Assembly: GCA_034439715.1 (NCBI GenBank) | Contig: JAWXAY010000071.1 | Span: 1 to 17,543, forward strand | Origin: Pseudomonadota bacterium | Lineage (GTDB): Bacteria; Bdellovibrionota; Bdellovibrionia; Bdellovibrionales; SG-bin7 | DNA length: 17,543 bases | Direction of reading: 5' to 3' | Shown here: positions 7,682 to 16,962 of the stretch, piece after piece | How the letters are laid out: every line of letters begins with the position of its first letter | Position numbering within the stretch: position 1 is the first letter of the stretch | Translations under genes and position numbers: made by a program | The notes under the pieces: model-generated | What the model was told of the DNA's origin: nothing | Database searches by the model: none | What the model saw: only the letters and a program-made list of their open reading frames with translations

Positions 7682-7946
7682 GAAAGGGCAGGGAATTTTT
7701 TATCTCTCTTTGAAACAGAAAAATATACTATAAGCCGAATTAGGTCACTTTCTGCTAACCAAAAGTCAGACAGCGCTCGCGAAATCCCGATTAGTCCTGT
7801 GATTTAGACTACTTATTTGTGTCTGAATACTCGCCATTGGTCGCAGAAGTAACAATATTGAGACGATTATTTTGGCCATTCGTCAAAAATTTTCTCATAA
7901 TAAGGCGGAACACACTCAAAATCCGTTTTGAAATAAAACGCTTTTT

Positions 7947-7962
7947 GGGCATGCGAGTTGCA
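7947..7962 (+). promoter_or_regulatory. sigma54 (-24/-12) promoter of pilA
   Basis: GGGCATGCGAGTTGCA = GG-N10-GC, 88 bp upstream of the pilin ATG; pilA is sigma54-dependent in Pseudomonas, Myxococcus and Geobacter. Confidence 0.78.
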
Positions 7963-8050
7963 CAAATACACGTTTGAGTGCCGATGAACAATTTGTCTTA
8001 AATTAGGAATCGGATTGAGTTAATTTTTATAAACCATTAGGGGGAACGTT

Positions 8051-8605
8051 ATGAGAAAAAATTTAAAATCCCAAGCGGGATTTTCATTAATCGAGTTGAT
8101 GGTGGTGGTCGCCATCATCGGAATTTTAGCAGCAGTCGCTATTCCAAACTTCACAAGGTTTCAGATTAGGGCAAAACAAACTGAGGGAAAATCTCAACTA
8201 GGCTCAATCTATTTAGGCGAGAGAGTTTACATGACAGAGTACGCCGGCACCTCTAGCGCGCTCTCAGACATCGGAATCGTTCCCGATGGTGGACTGATTT
8301 ATAATTGTGGGTTAGTGGCTGCCGGAGCAGGAGTAAGAGCGGGCCCCGCTACCAATATTACCGCGGCTCCTTTAAATACCGGTGGGACTATTGCAACCTG
8401 GTGCGCAACGGCTGGTCCGGCGATATGCAGCGCAAAGCCTGGATATGTATTTGACCCCTTAGTAGGGGCTGCCGCAGGAGGCGCCGCACTTACGTTCACA
8501 GCAGTATGTTCAGCAAGACTTCGACCTGCTGCTGCTGCAACAGATGATACGTGGACTATGAATCACCTTAATGTGATGGGAAACACTTTAAACGCATCAA
8601 ACTAG
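8051..8605 (+). CDS. pilA: type IVa major pilin
   Basis: Class III signal MRKNLKSQAG/FSLIELMVVVAIIGILAAVAIPNF with E5; GGGGA RBS; own sigma54 promoter and downstream hairpin, as expected of a highly expressed major pilin. Confidence 0.93.
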   Translation: MRKNLKSQAGFSLIELMVVVAIIGILAAVAIPNFTRFQIRAKQTEGKSQLGSIYLGERVYMTEYAGTSSALSDIGIVPDGGLIYNCGLVAAGAGVRAGPATNITAAPLNTGGTIATWCATAGPAICSAKPGYVFDPLVGAAAGGAALTFTAVCSARLRPAAAATDDTWTMNHLNVMGNTLNASN

Positions 8606-8622
8606 TAGACCAATTAGAATTG

Positions 8623-8657
8623 TTTCTGAGCAGAGCTTTTCTGCTCAGAAAATTTTT
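8623..8657 (+). terminator. stem-loop terminator/stabiliser after pilA
   Basis: TTTCTGAGCAGA-gcttt-TCTGCTCAGAAA (12-bp perfect stem) followed by ATTTTT. Confidence 0.8.
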
Positions 8658-8686
8658 GCATTTTACTTTAAAATATTTGTGATTTT

Positions 8687-9403
8687 ATGACTTCTTATTT
8701 TTTATATTTGTTATCGCTTACTATCTCCTTTCTATTGGTACAACTCTCTCTATTGGCTATTCCAAAGCTCGATGCAATTTCACTCGCTATTGCGCCCCCA
8801 AAAATCATTTCTCAATTTAATTTTGGCTTCAGTCACTTAATGGCCGATTTGTTATGGGTGAGGTGGTTACAAAGTATTGATCTCTGTACCCAGTCAGGCG
8901 GATTCAATGAAGAGGTTTTTAACACTACAAAAAAAACTTTAGACCCTAAGCAAAATATCGGAAAATGTGAATTGGGTTGGTCTTACCAAATGCTTGACCG
9001 CATAACAGATCTTAATCCTGACCTTCAGATCGCTTACCGCGTGGGAATCACAAGCCTGAGCGTGTTTGTAAAGGACTACAAAGGTGGCAGTCTCCTAATT
9101 GAAAAGGCCATGCGGCGTTACCCCAAAAACTGGATTATGGCCTACCGCGGCGCCTACCACTATATGTTCGAAGATATCAATCCCGACAGAGCTGCCGAGC
9201 TATTATTTATTGCAGCAAAAAATGGCGGGCCGATTTGGTTGGCATCTCTGGCCGCGAAACTCAATATGGAACAGTCTAAGGACGAGTTTGCGCTCAAATA
9301 TCTACTTGAAATTCGCGAACAATTTCCCGATAGCGAGCATCAAGTGGGAATCGAGAGGCGCATTGCCGAAATAAAGAAACGCCTGAATTCCAGAAAAAAA
9401 TAA
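8687..9403 (+). CDS. pilin-associated membrane-anchored TPR-like protein (myxobacterial PilG-like family)
   Basis: N-terminal TM segment; 'LMADLLWVRWLQ', 'LDRITDLNP...AY', 'IEKAMRRYPKNW' helical repeats resemble proteins encoded after pilA in deltaproteobacteria. Confidence 0.6.
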   Translation: MTSYFLYLLSLTISFLLVQLSLLAIPKLDAISLAIAPPKIISQFNFGFSHLMADLLWVRWLQSIDLCTQSGGFNEEVFNTTKKTLDPKQNIGKCELGWSYQMLDRITDLNPDLQIAYRVGITSLSVFVKDYKGGSLLIEKAMRRYPKNWIMAYRGAYHYMFEDINPDRAAELLFIAAKNGGPIWLASLAAKLNMEQSKDEFALKYLLEIREQFPDSEHQVGIERRIAEIKKRLNSRKK

Positions 9404-9415
9404 CCTTTAAGGCGA

Positions 9416-9443
9416 CTTGATTTTTTTTAAAGACGCCACAGAT
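9416..9443 (+). promoter_or_regulatory. sigma32-like promoter of clpSA
   Basis: CTTGAT-N15-CACAGAT, same geometry as the dnaJ and dnaK sites. Confidence 0.5.
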
Positions 9444-9450
9444 TGTAGGT

Positions 9451-9816
9451 ATGTATCCTTTGGCCCCATTGATGGAGGACGATAACTCTAAGATTGGTAG
9501 CGAGCCCGGCAACAACGCAGGGGTGAATACCATCGTTCGTCCTGAAGAAAAAACAGAGCTCAAAAGGCCGTCAATGTATAAAGTGATTTTACTTAACGAC
9601 GACTACACACCCATGGATTTTGTGGTGAATATTCTGAAAAAGTTTTTCACCAGAACCGAAACAGAGGCAACACAGATTATGATGAATGTGCACCACCAAG
9701 GTCGAGGAATTGCTGGAGTTTACGCTTATGAGGTAGCCGAGACCAAAGCCTACCAAGTTCAGAATTATGCAAAGCTGCGAGAATTCCCACTTAAGTGTAT
9801 AATAGAAAAAGAATAA
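9451..9816 (+). CDS. clpS: ATP-dependent Clp protease adaptor ClpS (alternative start 9472)
   Basis: 'PSMYKVILLNDDYTPMDFVV', 'IMMNVHHQGRG', 'EVAETK', 'FPLKC'; directly upstream of clpA. Confidence 0.97.
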   Translation: MYPLAPLMEDDNSKIGSEPGNNAGVNTIVRPEEKTELKRPSMYKVILLNDDYTPMDFVVNILKKFFTRTETEATQIMMNVHHQGRGIAGVYAYEVAETKAYQVQNYAKLREFPLKCIIEKE

Positions 9817-9846
9817 TAAAGGAACCAGCACAATGCTGAAAAAAAT

Positions 9847-12132
9847 ATGTTAAGTCGCGAACTACAAATTCAGTTAAACAGGGCCTTTCAAATGGCCGGG
9901 AGCCGTCGTCACGAATACGTGAGCCTCGAGCACATGCTATTTGCATTTACTGACGACCGCGAAGTTTGCGCAATTGTAGAGGGCTGTGGTGGTAGCATTG
10001 ATAAGTTAAGAAAACGTCTTGACGATTTTTTAACCAGTTCTTTTCAAAACTTGACCGTTCCCGTCGACCCCCGTGCTGAATGGAAGCCTGAACCCACGTT
10101 AGCCTTTCAAAGAGTTTTACAACGCGCTGTCATTCAAGTGCAAAGTGCGGGTAAAAATGAAGTCTCATGCGGGCATTTGCTCGTCGCTTTTTATGAAGAA
10201 CCTGAATCACATGCAGTTTTCTTTTTACAAGAACAAGGCATTAATAAATTTAATGTCGTGGATTTTATTTCTCATAGTCTCGGTCGAGAGTTGCCTCCGG
10301 ACTCTTCGGAACAAACAGACATCGACGGCCGCCCCTTAGACGATTCCAAGAGGCGAACTTCTGCTGCCCCGCTCGAAAAGTTTACCGTAAATCTCACGGC
10401 GCGGGCCAAGCAAGGTTTGATTGATCCTATGATTGGGCGTGAAAACGAACTCGAACGCGTGATTCAAATTTTATCTCGCCGCACAAAAAATAATCCCTTA
10501 CTTGTCGGCGACCCAGGGGTGGGCAAAACGGCCATCGCTGATGGGTTAGCATTAGCTATTGTTAAAGATAATGTGCCCATTGGCCTCAAAGGCGCCAATA
10601 TTTACTCGCTAGACATGGGCTCACTACTTGCTGGAACTAAATTTCGCGGAGATTTTGAAGAAAGAGTTAAAGCTGTAATACAAGCCATCGAAAAAGACCC
10701 GGGCGCTATTTTATTTATTGACGAAATTCATACAATTGTTGGTGCAGGATCAACAAGTGGCGGTTCACTCGATGCTTCAAATTTATTGAAACCGGCACTT
10801 GCCGCGGGGAATTTAAGCTGTATTGGCTCTACCACTTACAAAGAGTTTCGCCAATATTTTGAAAAAGATCGCGCTTTAGCTCGACGCTTTCAGAAAGTGG
10901 ATGTCTCCGAACCCAGTCTCGAGGACACTGTAAAAATTCTCGAAGGCATTAAAGTTAATTACGAAAAATTTCATATCGTCACTTATTCCTCAAGTGTTGT
11001 GCGCGCGGCCGTTGAATTATCGAACCGCTATATTACTTCAAGAAAACTACCTGACAAAGCCATCGATGTGATCGACGAAGTAGGGGCCCGCCTGCGTATG
11101 AAGGCTAAAGATGTCTCTTCGATTGAAGCCACCGTTAAAAATGTCGAAGACGTGGTGTCGGCAATGGCGCAGGTCCCGGCACGAACAGTAACCAATGACG
11201 ACCTCAAGCTTTTAAGCTCTCTCGAAGTCGGCTTAAAGTCCGTCATTTTTGGCCAAGATAAAGCGGTCGAAAGCGTAGTAACAGCTATAAAATTTAATCG
11301 CTCGGGCCTGGGCAACACAAATAAGCCCGTTGGCAGTTTTTTGTTTGCCGGCCCCACGGGCGTCGGTAAAACTGAACTTGCAAAACAACTCGCTACATTC
11401 TTAGGAAACGAGTTTATTAGGTACGACATGAGTGAGTATATGGAAAAACACTCAGTGTCTCGTTTGGTCGGCGCCCCTCCGGGATACGTCGGTTTTGAAG
11501 AAGGTGGCCTGCTCACCGAAAGCGTCAACCAACACCCCTACTGTGTGTTGTTATTTGATGAAATGGAAAAAGCCCACCCTGATGTCTCAAACATTCTCCT
11601 ACAAATTCTCGATAGCGGCAGACTCACAGATTCTAACGGAAAGTCCGTTGATTTTAAAAACGCGATCATTATCATGACCACTAACGCGGGCGCGCGCGAA
11701 ATGGCTCGTCCCAACATTGGTATTCAGGCCCAACCGGGAGCACAAAAATCACAAGATGCCATTAAGCAGTTTTTCTCGCCAGAGTTTATAAACCGCTTGG
11801 ATGGTGTGGTGACATTTAATAACCTCGACAAACCGCTCTTGATGCGTGTTATTGACAAATTTCTGGCCGAACTCACAGTTTTGCTCAAAGATAAAAAAAT
11901 TGAACTTATGATATCTTCTGAAGCCAAAGACTTTTTGTTTGAAAAGGGTTACGAGCCCGCCTATGGTGCTAGACCCTTTAATCGCGTGATTGATGACCGA
12001 CTTAAAAAACCGCTTGTCGATAAAATATTGTTCGGAGATATGAAAAAAGGCGGTCGCATAAGCGTTACTGTGAAGGGCGACTCGTTAGATTTTTCTTATG
12101 TCTTAAAAAAATCTAAACCAACTAAACACTAG
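9847..12132 (+). CDS. clpA: ATP-dependent Clp protease ATP-binding subunit ClpA
   Basis: Clp N domain ([10 protein letters not shown]), two AAA+ modules ([28 protein letters not shown]), no ClpB middle coiled coil, IGI ClpP-docking loop, 761 aa. Confidence 0.97.
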   Translation: MLSRELQIQLNRAFQMAGSRRHEYVSLEHMLFAFTDDREVCAIVEGCGGSIDKLRKRLDDFLTSSFQNLTVPVDPRAEWKPEPTLAFQRVLQRAVIQVQSAGKNEVSCGHLLVAFYEEPESHAVFFLQEQGINKFNVVDFISHSLGRELPPDSSEQTDIDGRPLDDSKRRTSAAPLEKFTVNLTARAKQGLIDPMIGRENELERVIQILSRRTKNNPLLVGDPGVGKTAIADGLALAIVKDNVPIGLKGANIYSLDMGSLLAGTKFRGDFEERVKAVIQAIEKDPGAILFIDEIHTIVGAGSTSGGSLDASNLLKPALAAGNLSCIGSTTYKEFRQYFEKDRALARRFQKVDVSEPSLEDTVKILEGIKVNYEKFHIVTYSSSVVRAAVELSNRYITSRKLPDKAIDVIDEVGARLRMKAKDVSSIEATVKNVEDVVSAMAQVPARTVTNDDLKLLSSLEVGLKSVIFGQDKAVESVVTAIKFNRSGLGNTNKPVGSFLFAGPTGVGKTELAKQLATFLGNEFIRYDMSEYMEKHSVSRLVGAPPGYVGFEEGGLLTESVNQHPYCVLLFDEMEKAHPDVSNILLQILDSGRLTDSNGKSVDFKNAIIIMTTNAGAREMARPNIGIQAQPGAQKSQDAIKQFFSPEFINRLDGVVTFNNLDKPLLMRVIDKFLAELTVLLKDKKIELMISSEAKDFLFEKGYEPAYGARPFNRVIDDRLKKPLVDKILFGDMKKGGRISVTVKGDSLDFSYVLKKSKPTKH

Positions 12133-12671
12133 TTGGTTTTAGTAAACTGCCCCCGTAAATATTCCGTTTCAATTTCCATGTGGCAATTGTTCGGATAGGG
12201 CCCCGTACAAACGTCACGAACTGTTTGCTTTTCGATGATTGAAAGCCCGAGGTTTTTATTAGAGCGATCGTCGCTAAAATAAATCTCTAAAGTAATCCCG
12301 AGTATCTGTCCTCTACATTTATTGGCATCAAACTTAAATGTAGCCTGAGTAAGTGTCGGATTTTGGTCATCACCTTGAAAGTAAAGGTAAGCCAAGTCAC
12401 CCACATTTGATTCGCACTCGGCACCTAAAAGGTCATCGCCCTTGCCATCAACAAAACTAGCTTTTACATAGTCATTATTCAAAGCGAGGATGAGTTTTCC
12501 GGGCATTCCATTAAACTTCCCTAAGTACTCTCCCATGTATTCTTGAGCCTTAGGTAGATGTTCTTGAGGCACGCGTCCGTTTTCAATAGTGACCCGTTTA
12601 CACCCAACTAGCGTCAACGCTACAGATAACGCTAATAAACTTATTAGAAATTTGCTGAAAATATTAACCAT
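12129..12671 (-). CDS. hypothetical lipoprotein
   Basis: Signal peptide with lipobox LVG-C; AGGAG upstream; four further Cys; stop overlaps the clpA stop by 4 bp. Confidence 0.8.
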   Translation of the reverse strand: MVNIFSKFLISLLALSVALTLVGCKRVTIENGRVPQEHLPKAQEYMGEYLGKFNGMPGKLILALNNDYVKASFVDGKGDDLLGAECESNVGDLAYLYFQGDDQNPTLTQATFKFDANKCRGQILGITLEIYFSDDRSNKNLGLSIIEKQTVRDVCTGPYPNNCHMEIETEYLRGQFTKTN

Positions 12672-12795
12672 AAAAGTACTCCTTAGAATTGGGTCGATAA
12701 AAACATTTTTAAGTCTCTAACGCAAGTCTTATTGACAAAAATTAAATCCAACTCAAACTGAAGTTCGCTTATGTTTATGAAAAAAGGAGCTTTAC

Positions 12796-13695
12796 ATGTT
12801 TAACTTAGCAAAACGGGTATTTTTGATGCTGCTACTCAACATCCTAGTATTAGTGACCATAAGTATCATTCTTAGCGTCACAGGCCTGGGCAGTTATTTT
12901 TTCAAAAACGAGGGTGATTACCTCGCCATGTACCTGTTTTGTTTTGTCTGGGGCACAGTTGGTGCTTTTATCTCACTACTTTTATCTAAATTTTTTGCAA
13001 AAATGATGATGGGCGTACAGATTGTAGATCCTAACTCTCGGGATGCAAACTCGCGAGAACTCGTAGTGCTGGTGCATGGCCTTGCGAGGCGAGCGGGTCT
13101 TATAAAAATGCCCGAGGTGGGAATTTATGAAAGTCCTGAAATTAATGCCTTCGCCACTGGTCCCTCTAAAAATAATTCTCTGGTGGCAGTATCGACAGGC
13201 CTGTTGAATCGCATGGACCGTGATCAACTGGAAGGGGTGCTTGGGCACGAACTTGCCCATGTCGCCAACGGGGATATGGTCACCATGACTATTGTCCAGG
13301 GAATTGTGAACTCATTCGTGATGTTTTTTGCGCGCATTATAGCATCGATTTTAGCCCCTAAGGATAGCGAGGGCCGCTCAAACTTCTTTGGTTATTATAT
13401 GACTTATCATCTTGTAGAAATCGCCCTAATGTTCTTAACGATACCCATCGTAGCTGGAGTGTCGCGCTGGCGGGAATACCGGGCTGATCTTGGCGGCGCC
13501 AAAATTGCCGGTAAAGAAAAAATGATTGGCGCACTAAAGGCTCTTTCGGGAACTGAAAAATCTGTCGACAATAAAGAAGCCGCTTTCGCGTCTTTAAAAA
13601 TTTCAGGAAAAAGATCCGGTGGCTTAGCATTGTTTTTTATGACACACCCACCACTCGAAGATCGAATTCGTCGCCTTGAACAAGCTCGAGTCTGA
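12796..13695 (+). CDS. htpX: membrane zinc metalloprotease HtpX (M48)
   Basis: 'PEINAFATG', 'VAVSTGLL', HExxH 'HELAH', 'NGDMVTMT', 'SRWREYRAD', 'THPPLEDRI'; AAGGAG RBS. Confidence 0.97.
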   Translation: MFNLAKRVFLMLLLNILVLVTISIILSVTGLGSYFFKNEGDYLAMYLFCFVWGTVGAFISLLLSKFFAKMMMGVQIVDPNSRDANSRELVVLVHGLARRAGLIKMPEVGIYESPEINAFATGPSKNNSLVAVSTGLLNRMDRDQLEGVLGHELAHVANGDMVTMTIVQGIVNSFVMFFARIIASILAPKDSEGRSNFFGYYMTYHLVEIALMFLTIPIVAGVSRWREYRADLGGAKIAGKEKMIGALKALSGTEKSVDNKEAAFASLKISGKRSGGLALFFMTHPPLEDRIRRLEQARV

Positions 13696-14611
13696 TCCAG
13701 GAAAAGATTATTACACAGGTGCTTTGGCTGCGGGAATGACCGCTTTGATTTGGGCCGTGCAGGCCATCATACTCAAACTGGCTGTGGTATCGGTCTCGCC
13801 AAGTCTGGTTGTTTGGTTTCGATTTGTTTTTGCCTTTTTCGTTATTTTACTTTTCTCGCTAATGTCTGACAAAAAAGAAACATTGAGAATTTTACGCCGA
13901 CCGCCGCCGAAGGCCATTCTCGCCGGGCTATTCTTAGGTTTAAATTACTATGGATTTATAAAGGGCCTCGAACTCACAACTCCTAGTAATGCACAAATTG
14001 GAATTCAACTGGGGCCATTTGGTTTAGCGCTTTTTGGTATATTTCATTTTAAAGAAAAATTAAACAACCTTCAGAAATCAGGATTGATTTTAACTCCTGT
14101 GGGCCTAGTGTTATTTTTTAAAGATCAGCTGGGCAATTTTTTATACAACGAACAAGCCCTCATCGCGGGTTATATTTGGATATTATTTGCGGCAGCGACT
14201 TGGATTGCTTATTCAGTCCTGCAGAAAATTCTAGGTCAGACACTAAAAAACAGCTTAGTACTAATGGTTGTCTATTTGACCGCAGGCCTACTCTTTACAC
14301 CTCTGACAACGCCGCCTCAATTGCTAGATTGGACACCCCTTATCTGGACCATGATGTTGATCTTAGGTGGTACGACTCTACTTTCGTATGGCTTTCTTGC
14401 CTTTTCGCTAAGCAAGACCCCAGCAAGCGTTGTAAGTATGATCATTACGGTCAATCCTTTGCTGACAATTTTTATTATGACCAACATATCCGCAGAGAAC
14501 TCGTGGGGCCTACTGCCAGAAAGGATTCAAGGCCTAGGTAATGCGGGAGCGCTTTTTGTGGTCGCAGGTGTTATTTTAAGTGTATATCGTCCTCGAAAAA
14601 AACTGCTATGA
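13676..14611 (+). CDS. DMT/EamA family transporter
   Basis: About 10 TM segments in two EamA repeats ('VVWFRF', 'GLELTTPSNA', 'FHFKEKL'); TTG start overlaps the htpX end, exact start uncertain. Confidence 0.9.
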   Translation: MNKLESDPGKDYYTGALAAGMTALIWAVQAIILKLAVVSVSPSLVVWFRFVFAFFVILLFSLMSDKKETLRILRRPPPKAILAGLFLGLNYYGFIKGLELTTPSNAQIGIQLGPFGLALFGIFHFKEKLNNLQKSGLILTPVGLVLFFKDQLGNFLYNEQALIAGYIWILFAAATWIAYSVLQKILGQTLKNSLVLMVVYLTAGLLFTPLTTPPQLLDWTPLIWTMMLILGGTTLLSYGFLAFSLSKTPASVVSMIITVNPLLTIFIMTNISAENSWGLLPERIQGLGNAGALFVVAGVILSVYRPRKKLL

Positions 14612-14620
14612 TAAATACAT

Positions 14621-16909
14621 ATGTCACGTGTGCTGTTCGCCCTTATTGTCGTTTTAGGTTGCGCCTCCACGGGTGTTGAAATCCCGCCGCCGCCGGCCGG
14701 CAGTATTCCCAGTGATGCTCTCGGTACTGTTCCCCCTCTAACTACCGTCGACGCCCCCAGCGTAGCCCCAAAAGAAGGCCCCGATGAAACCCAAAAAGAA
14801 ACTGCAAAAGAAGATAGCGAAAAGAACCGCGAAAAACTTTGGTGGCAAACTTATAAAACCGCGCTAACTCAATTAGAATTAAATCCGGAACTCTCGTGCA
14901 AACCCTTTTTTGATCTTAGCGCTGACCCCGAGTTTCCGTTACACTTCGAAGCCGTACTTCGTGCAAGACAAGCTTGTGGCGCCAATTCAGCTCTACCTTT
15001 GGTTTTTGATTATACTCAGTTCCGCTCCAAATCTTGGCTGTGGCCACTTGCCCTTGAAGTCACTAAGAGTGAGGCTCAAGAAAACGACGATTATAAACTC
15101 TTAGCTACCATTTTATTGGAACAATCAAAGCTATCAGTCAATTCGGCCGAAAAAATCGATCTCACTGAACAAGCTATTTCTATAGCAAATCGCGCCTTAG
15201 ACAAGAATCAAGACAAAAAATTAAAAGCCGTGCTTGCTAATAGACTTTATAAACTGGCCCCAAGAAAAAAACCTCATCCCACACCTGAAGACCTCTTGAA
15301 AGTTGCGGCTGACTATAAAAAAATCAGAGATTTTAAACAAGCGCTTTACAACTATAATTTGGTGGTGAAGTCAAAGCGTTCAAGCACCGACGAGGTTTAT
15401 CGAGCCCTGTTAGGAATAAAAAGCAGTCATAAATTGGCCGAGGACAAACCGAAACATATTCAGGCCACCGAGCGACTCGTGCGTTTTGTGAAAACTAGTT
15501 TTTTAGCGGTAAAAGTTAAAAATCCCCAGTACAAGCGTCTTTTAAAACGCTATCACGACAACCTTGTGCTTTTAGCTCGCGCCTACTGGACAGAAGGTGA
15601 AGTTAAACAAGCCGTAAGCCTGTTACAACAAACCGAAAAGGTTTTGAAAAATCGTTTCAACTTAAATGAAGTCTATTGGTTACGTGGAAGAATTGAAGAA
15701 GAAGCCCAGCGCCCGGAACAAGCCATCAATTGGTTTGAAATGAGTGAACGTGAATGTAAATCTGTCTGTGCCATCAAAGAAAAAATTCTTTGGACTGCAG
15801 CTTGGAATTTTATTAAGATCAAACAATTCAAAGAAGCCACGACGCGACTACAAAGCCTTTACGACACAACAGAAAACCCTTTTGCTAAGCCCAAATATTT
15901 ATTTTGGCGCGCTAAAGCTCTCATTCAGATGAACGAAGCTGATTCTGCCAAAACCCTTTTTAAACAAATTGTTGAGGATGACTCCACTGGCTATTACGGA
16001 ATGCTCGCTTATCGTGAACTGGGCCAAACCATTCCGCCGGTGCAGTCGGCTTCTCTGAGTGGTACTTTGGGGATTGTGGATTCTGACAAAAATACTTTTC
16101 TTTCTTCGCCAGAGGGACGCTATGCCGGCTGGCTCTTGGCGGTTGGCGAAAATAGCTTTGTGGGTGAATACTTAGATGGGCAATTTGCGTGGATCAAAAA
16201 AAACAAGCTGGGTGATAGTGAGTATGTCTCGCACTATTTAAGCACTTTTGCAATGGTCCAAGAGTATTTGAAATTATTTGCCCGCGTCGGCGAACTACCT
16301 GTGACAGAACGTAATCTTATTCTGGCCAAGCACCCCGACATGGTTTTTCCGCAGCCCTTTTCTAGAGAAGTCAGCGAGGCCGCTGAGAAATACGGAGTAA
16401 AGTCCGAACTGATATATGCCATTATGAGGCAAGAGTCTGCGTTTAACCCGATGGCGCGTAGCCCGGCTGATGCCTTTGGCCTTATGCAATTAATTCCTCG
16501 AGTGGCCAAGCTGGCGGCAAAAAGCTCGGGCGTGCCCTTAAAAGAGAACAAAGACCTTTATAAGCCTGAAGTAAATATCCCACTAGGCGCTGCATTTTTA
16601 AAAGATTTATGGCAGCGCTATGATGGTCAATTTGTTTTGGTCGCCGCTTCTTACAATGCTTCAGAGGCAGCCATTCGCAGCTGGATCAATACGCGATTTT
16701 TTGACGATCCGATCCGATTTATCGAAGACATTCCCTATGACGAGACCCAAGGCTACGTGAAATTAGTTTTAAGAAATTTTATTTTTTACTCTCGCCTTAG
16801 TTCTAAAGGCGAGGCGATTTTGTTTCCGGAGTGGTGTTTGGCAAATTTACATGAGTTTAAAGGAAAGCCACAGATATCGGGTGCTCGAATCCCGGCATCG
16901 AAAAAGTAA
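14621..16909 (+). CDS. Slt70-like lytic transglycosylase lipoprotein with TPR-like superhelix
   Basis: Lipobox VLG-C, Pro-rich linker, helical repeats, 'GYYGMLA', GH23 motifs 'IMRQESAF', 'GLMQL', 'SYNAS', 'IPYDETQGYV'. Confidence 0.93.
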   Translation: MSRVLFALIVVLGCASTGVEIPPPPAGSIPSDALGTVPPLTTVDAPSVAPKEGPDETQKETAKEDSEKNREKLWWQTYKTALTQLELNPELSCKPFFDLSADPEFPLHFEAVLRARQACGANSALPLVFDYTQFRSKSWLWPLALEVTKSEAQENDDYKLLATILLEQSKLSVNSAEKIDLTEQAISIANRALDKNQDKKLKAVLANRLYKLAPRKKPHPTPEDLLKVAADYKKIRDFKQALYNYNLVVKSKRSSTDEVYRALLGIKSSHKLAEDKPKHIQATERLVRFVKTSFLAVKVKNPQYKRLLKRYHDNLVLLARAYWTEGEVKQAVSLLQQTEKVLKNRFNLNEVYWLRGRIEEEAQRPEQAINWFEMSERECKSVCAIKEKILWTAAWNFIKIKQFKEATTRLQSLYDTTENPFAKPKYLFWRAKALIQMNEADSAKTLFKQIVEDDSTGYYGMLAYRELGQTIPPVQSASLSGTLGIVDSDKNTFLSSPEGRYAGWLLAVGENSFVGEYLDGQFAWIKKNKLGDSEYVSHYLSTFAMVQEYLKLFARVGELPVTERNLILAKHPDMVFPQPFSREVSEAAEKYGVKSELIYAIMRQESAFNPMARSPADAFGLMQLIPRVAKLAAKSSGVPLKENKDLYKPEVNIPLGAAFLKDLWQRYDGQFVLVAASYNASEAAIRSWINTRFFDDPIRFIEDIPYDETQGYVKLVLRNFIFYSRLSSKGEAILFPEWCLANLHEFKGKPQISGARIPASKK

Positions 16910-16911
16910 AG

Positions 16912-16927
16912 TGGCACAATGATTGAA
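16912..16927 (+). promoter_or_regulatory. possible sigma54 promoter with non-canonical -12 (TTGA)
   Basis: TGGCAC-AATGA-TTGAA in the 53-bp gap before the HAMP gene; perfect -24, GA instead of GC at -12. Confidence 0.4.
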
Positions 16928-16962
16928 TTAAACCCCGTCACGTTCCCTGAAAGGAAGCACCT

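Noticed and set aside
6449..7700. CIRCE/HrcA operator upstream of dnaK or dnaJ
   Set aside because: No TTAGCACTC-N9-GAGTGCTAA match seen in either upstream region.
7809..7991. 60-aa ORF in the dnaJ-pilA gap
   Set aside because: Overlaps the sigma54 promoter and enhancer region; no protein-like features.
11028..11528. 166-aa minus-strand ORF inside clpA
   Set aside because: Antisense shadow of the AAA+ coding region.
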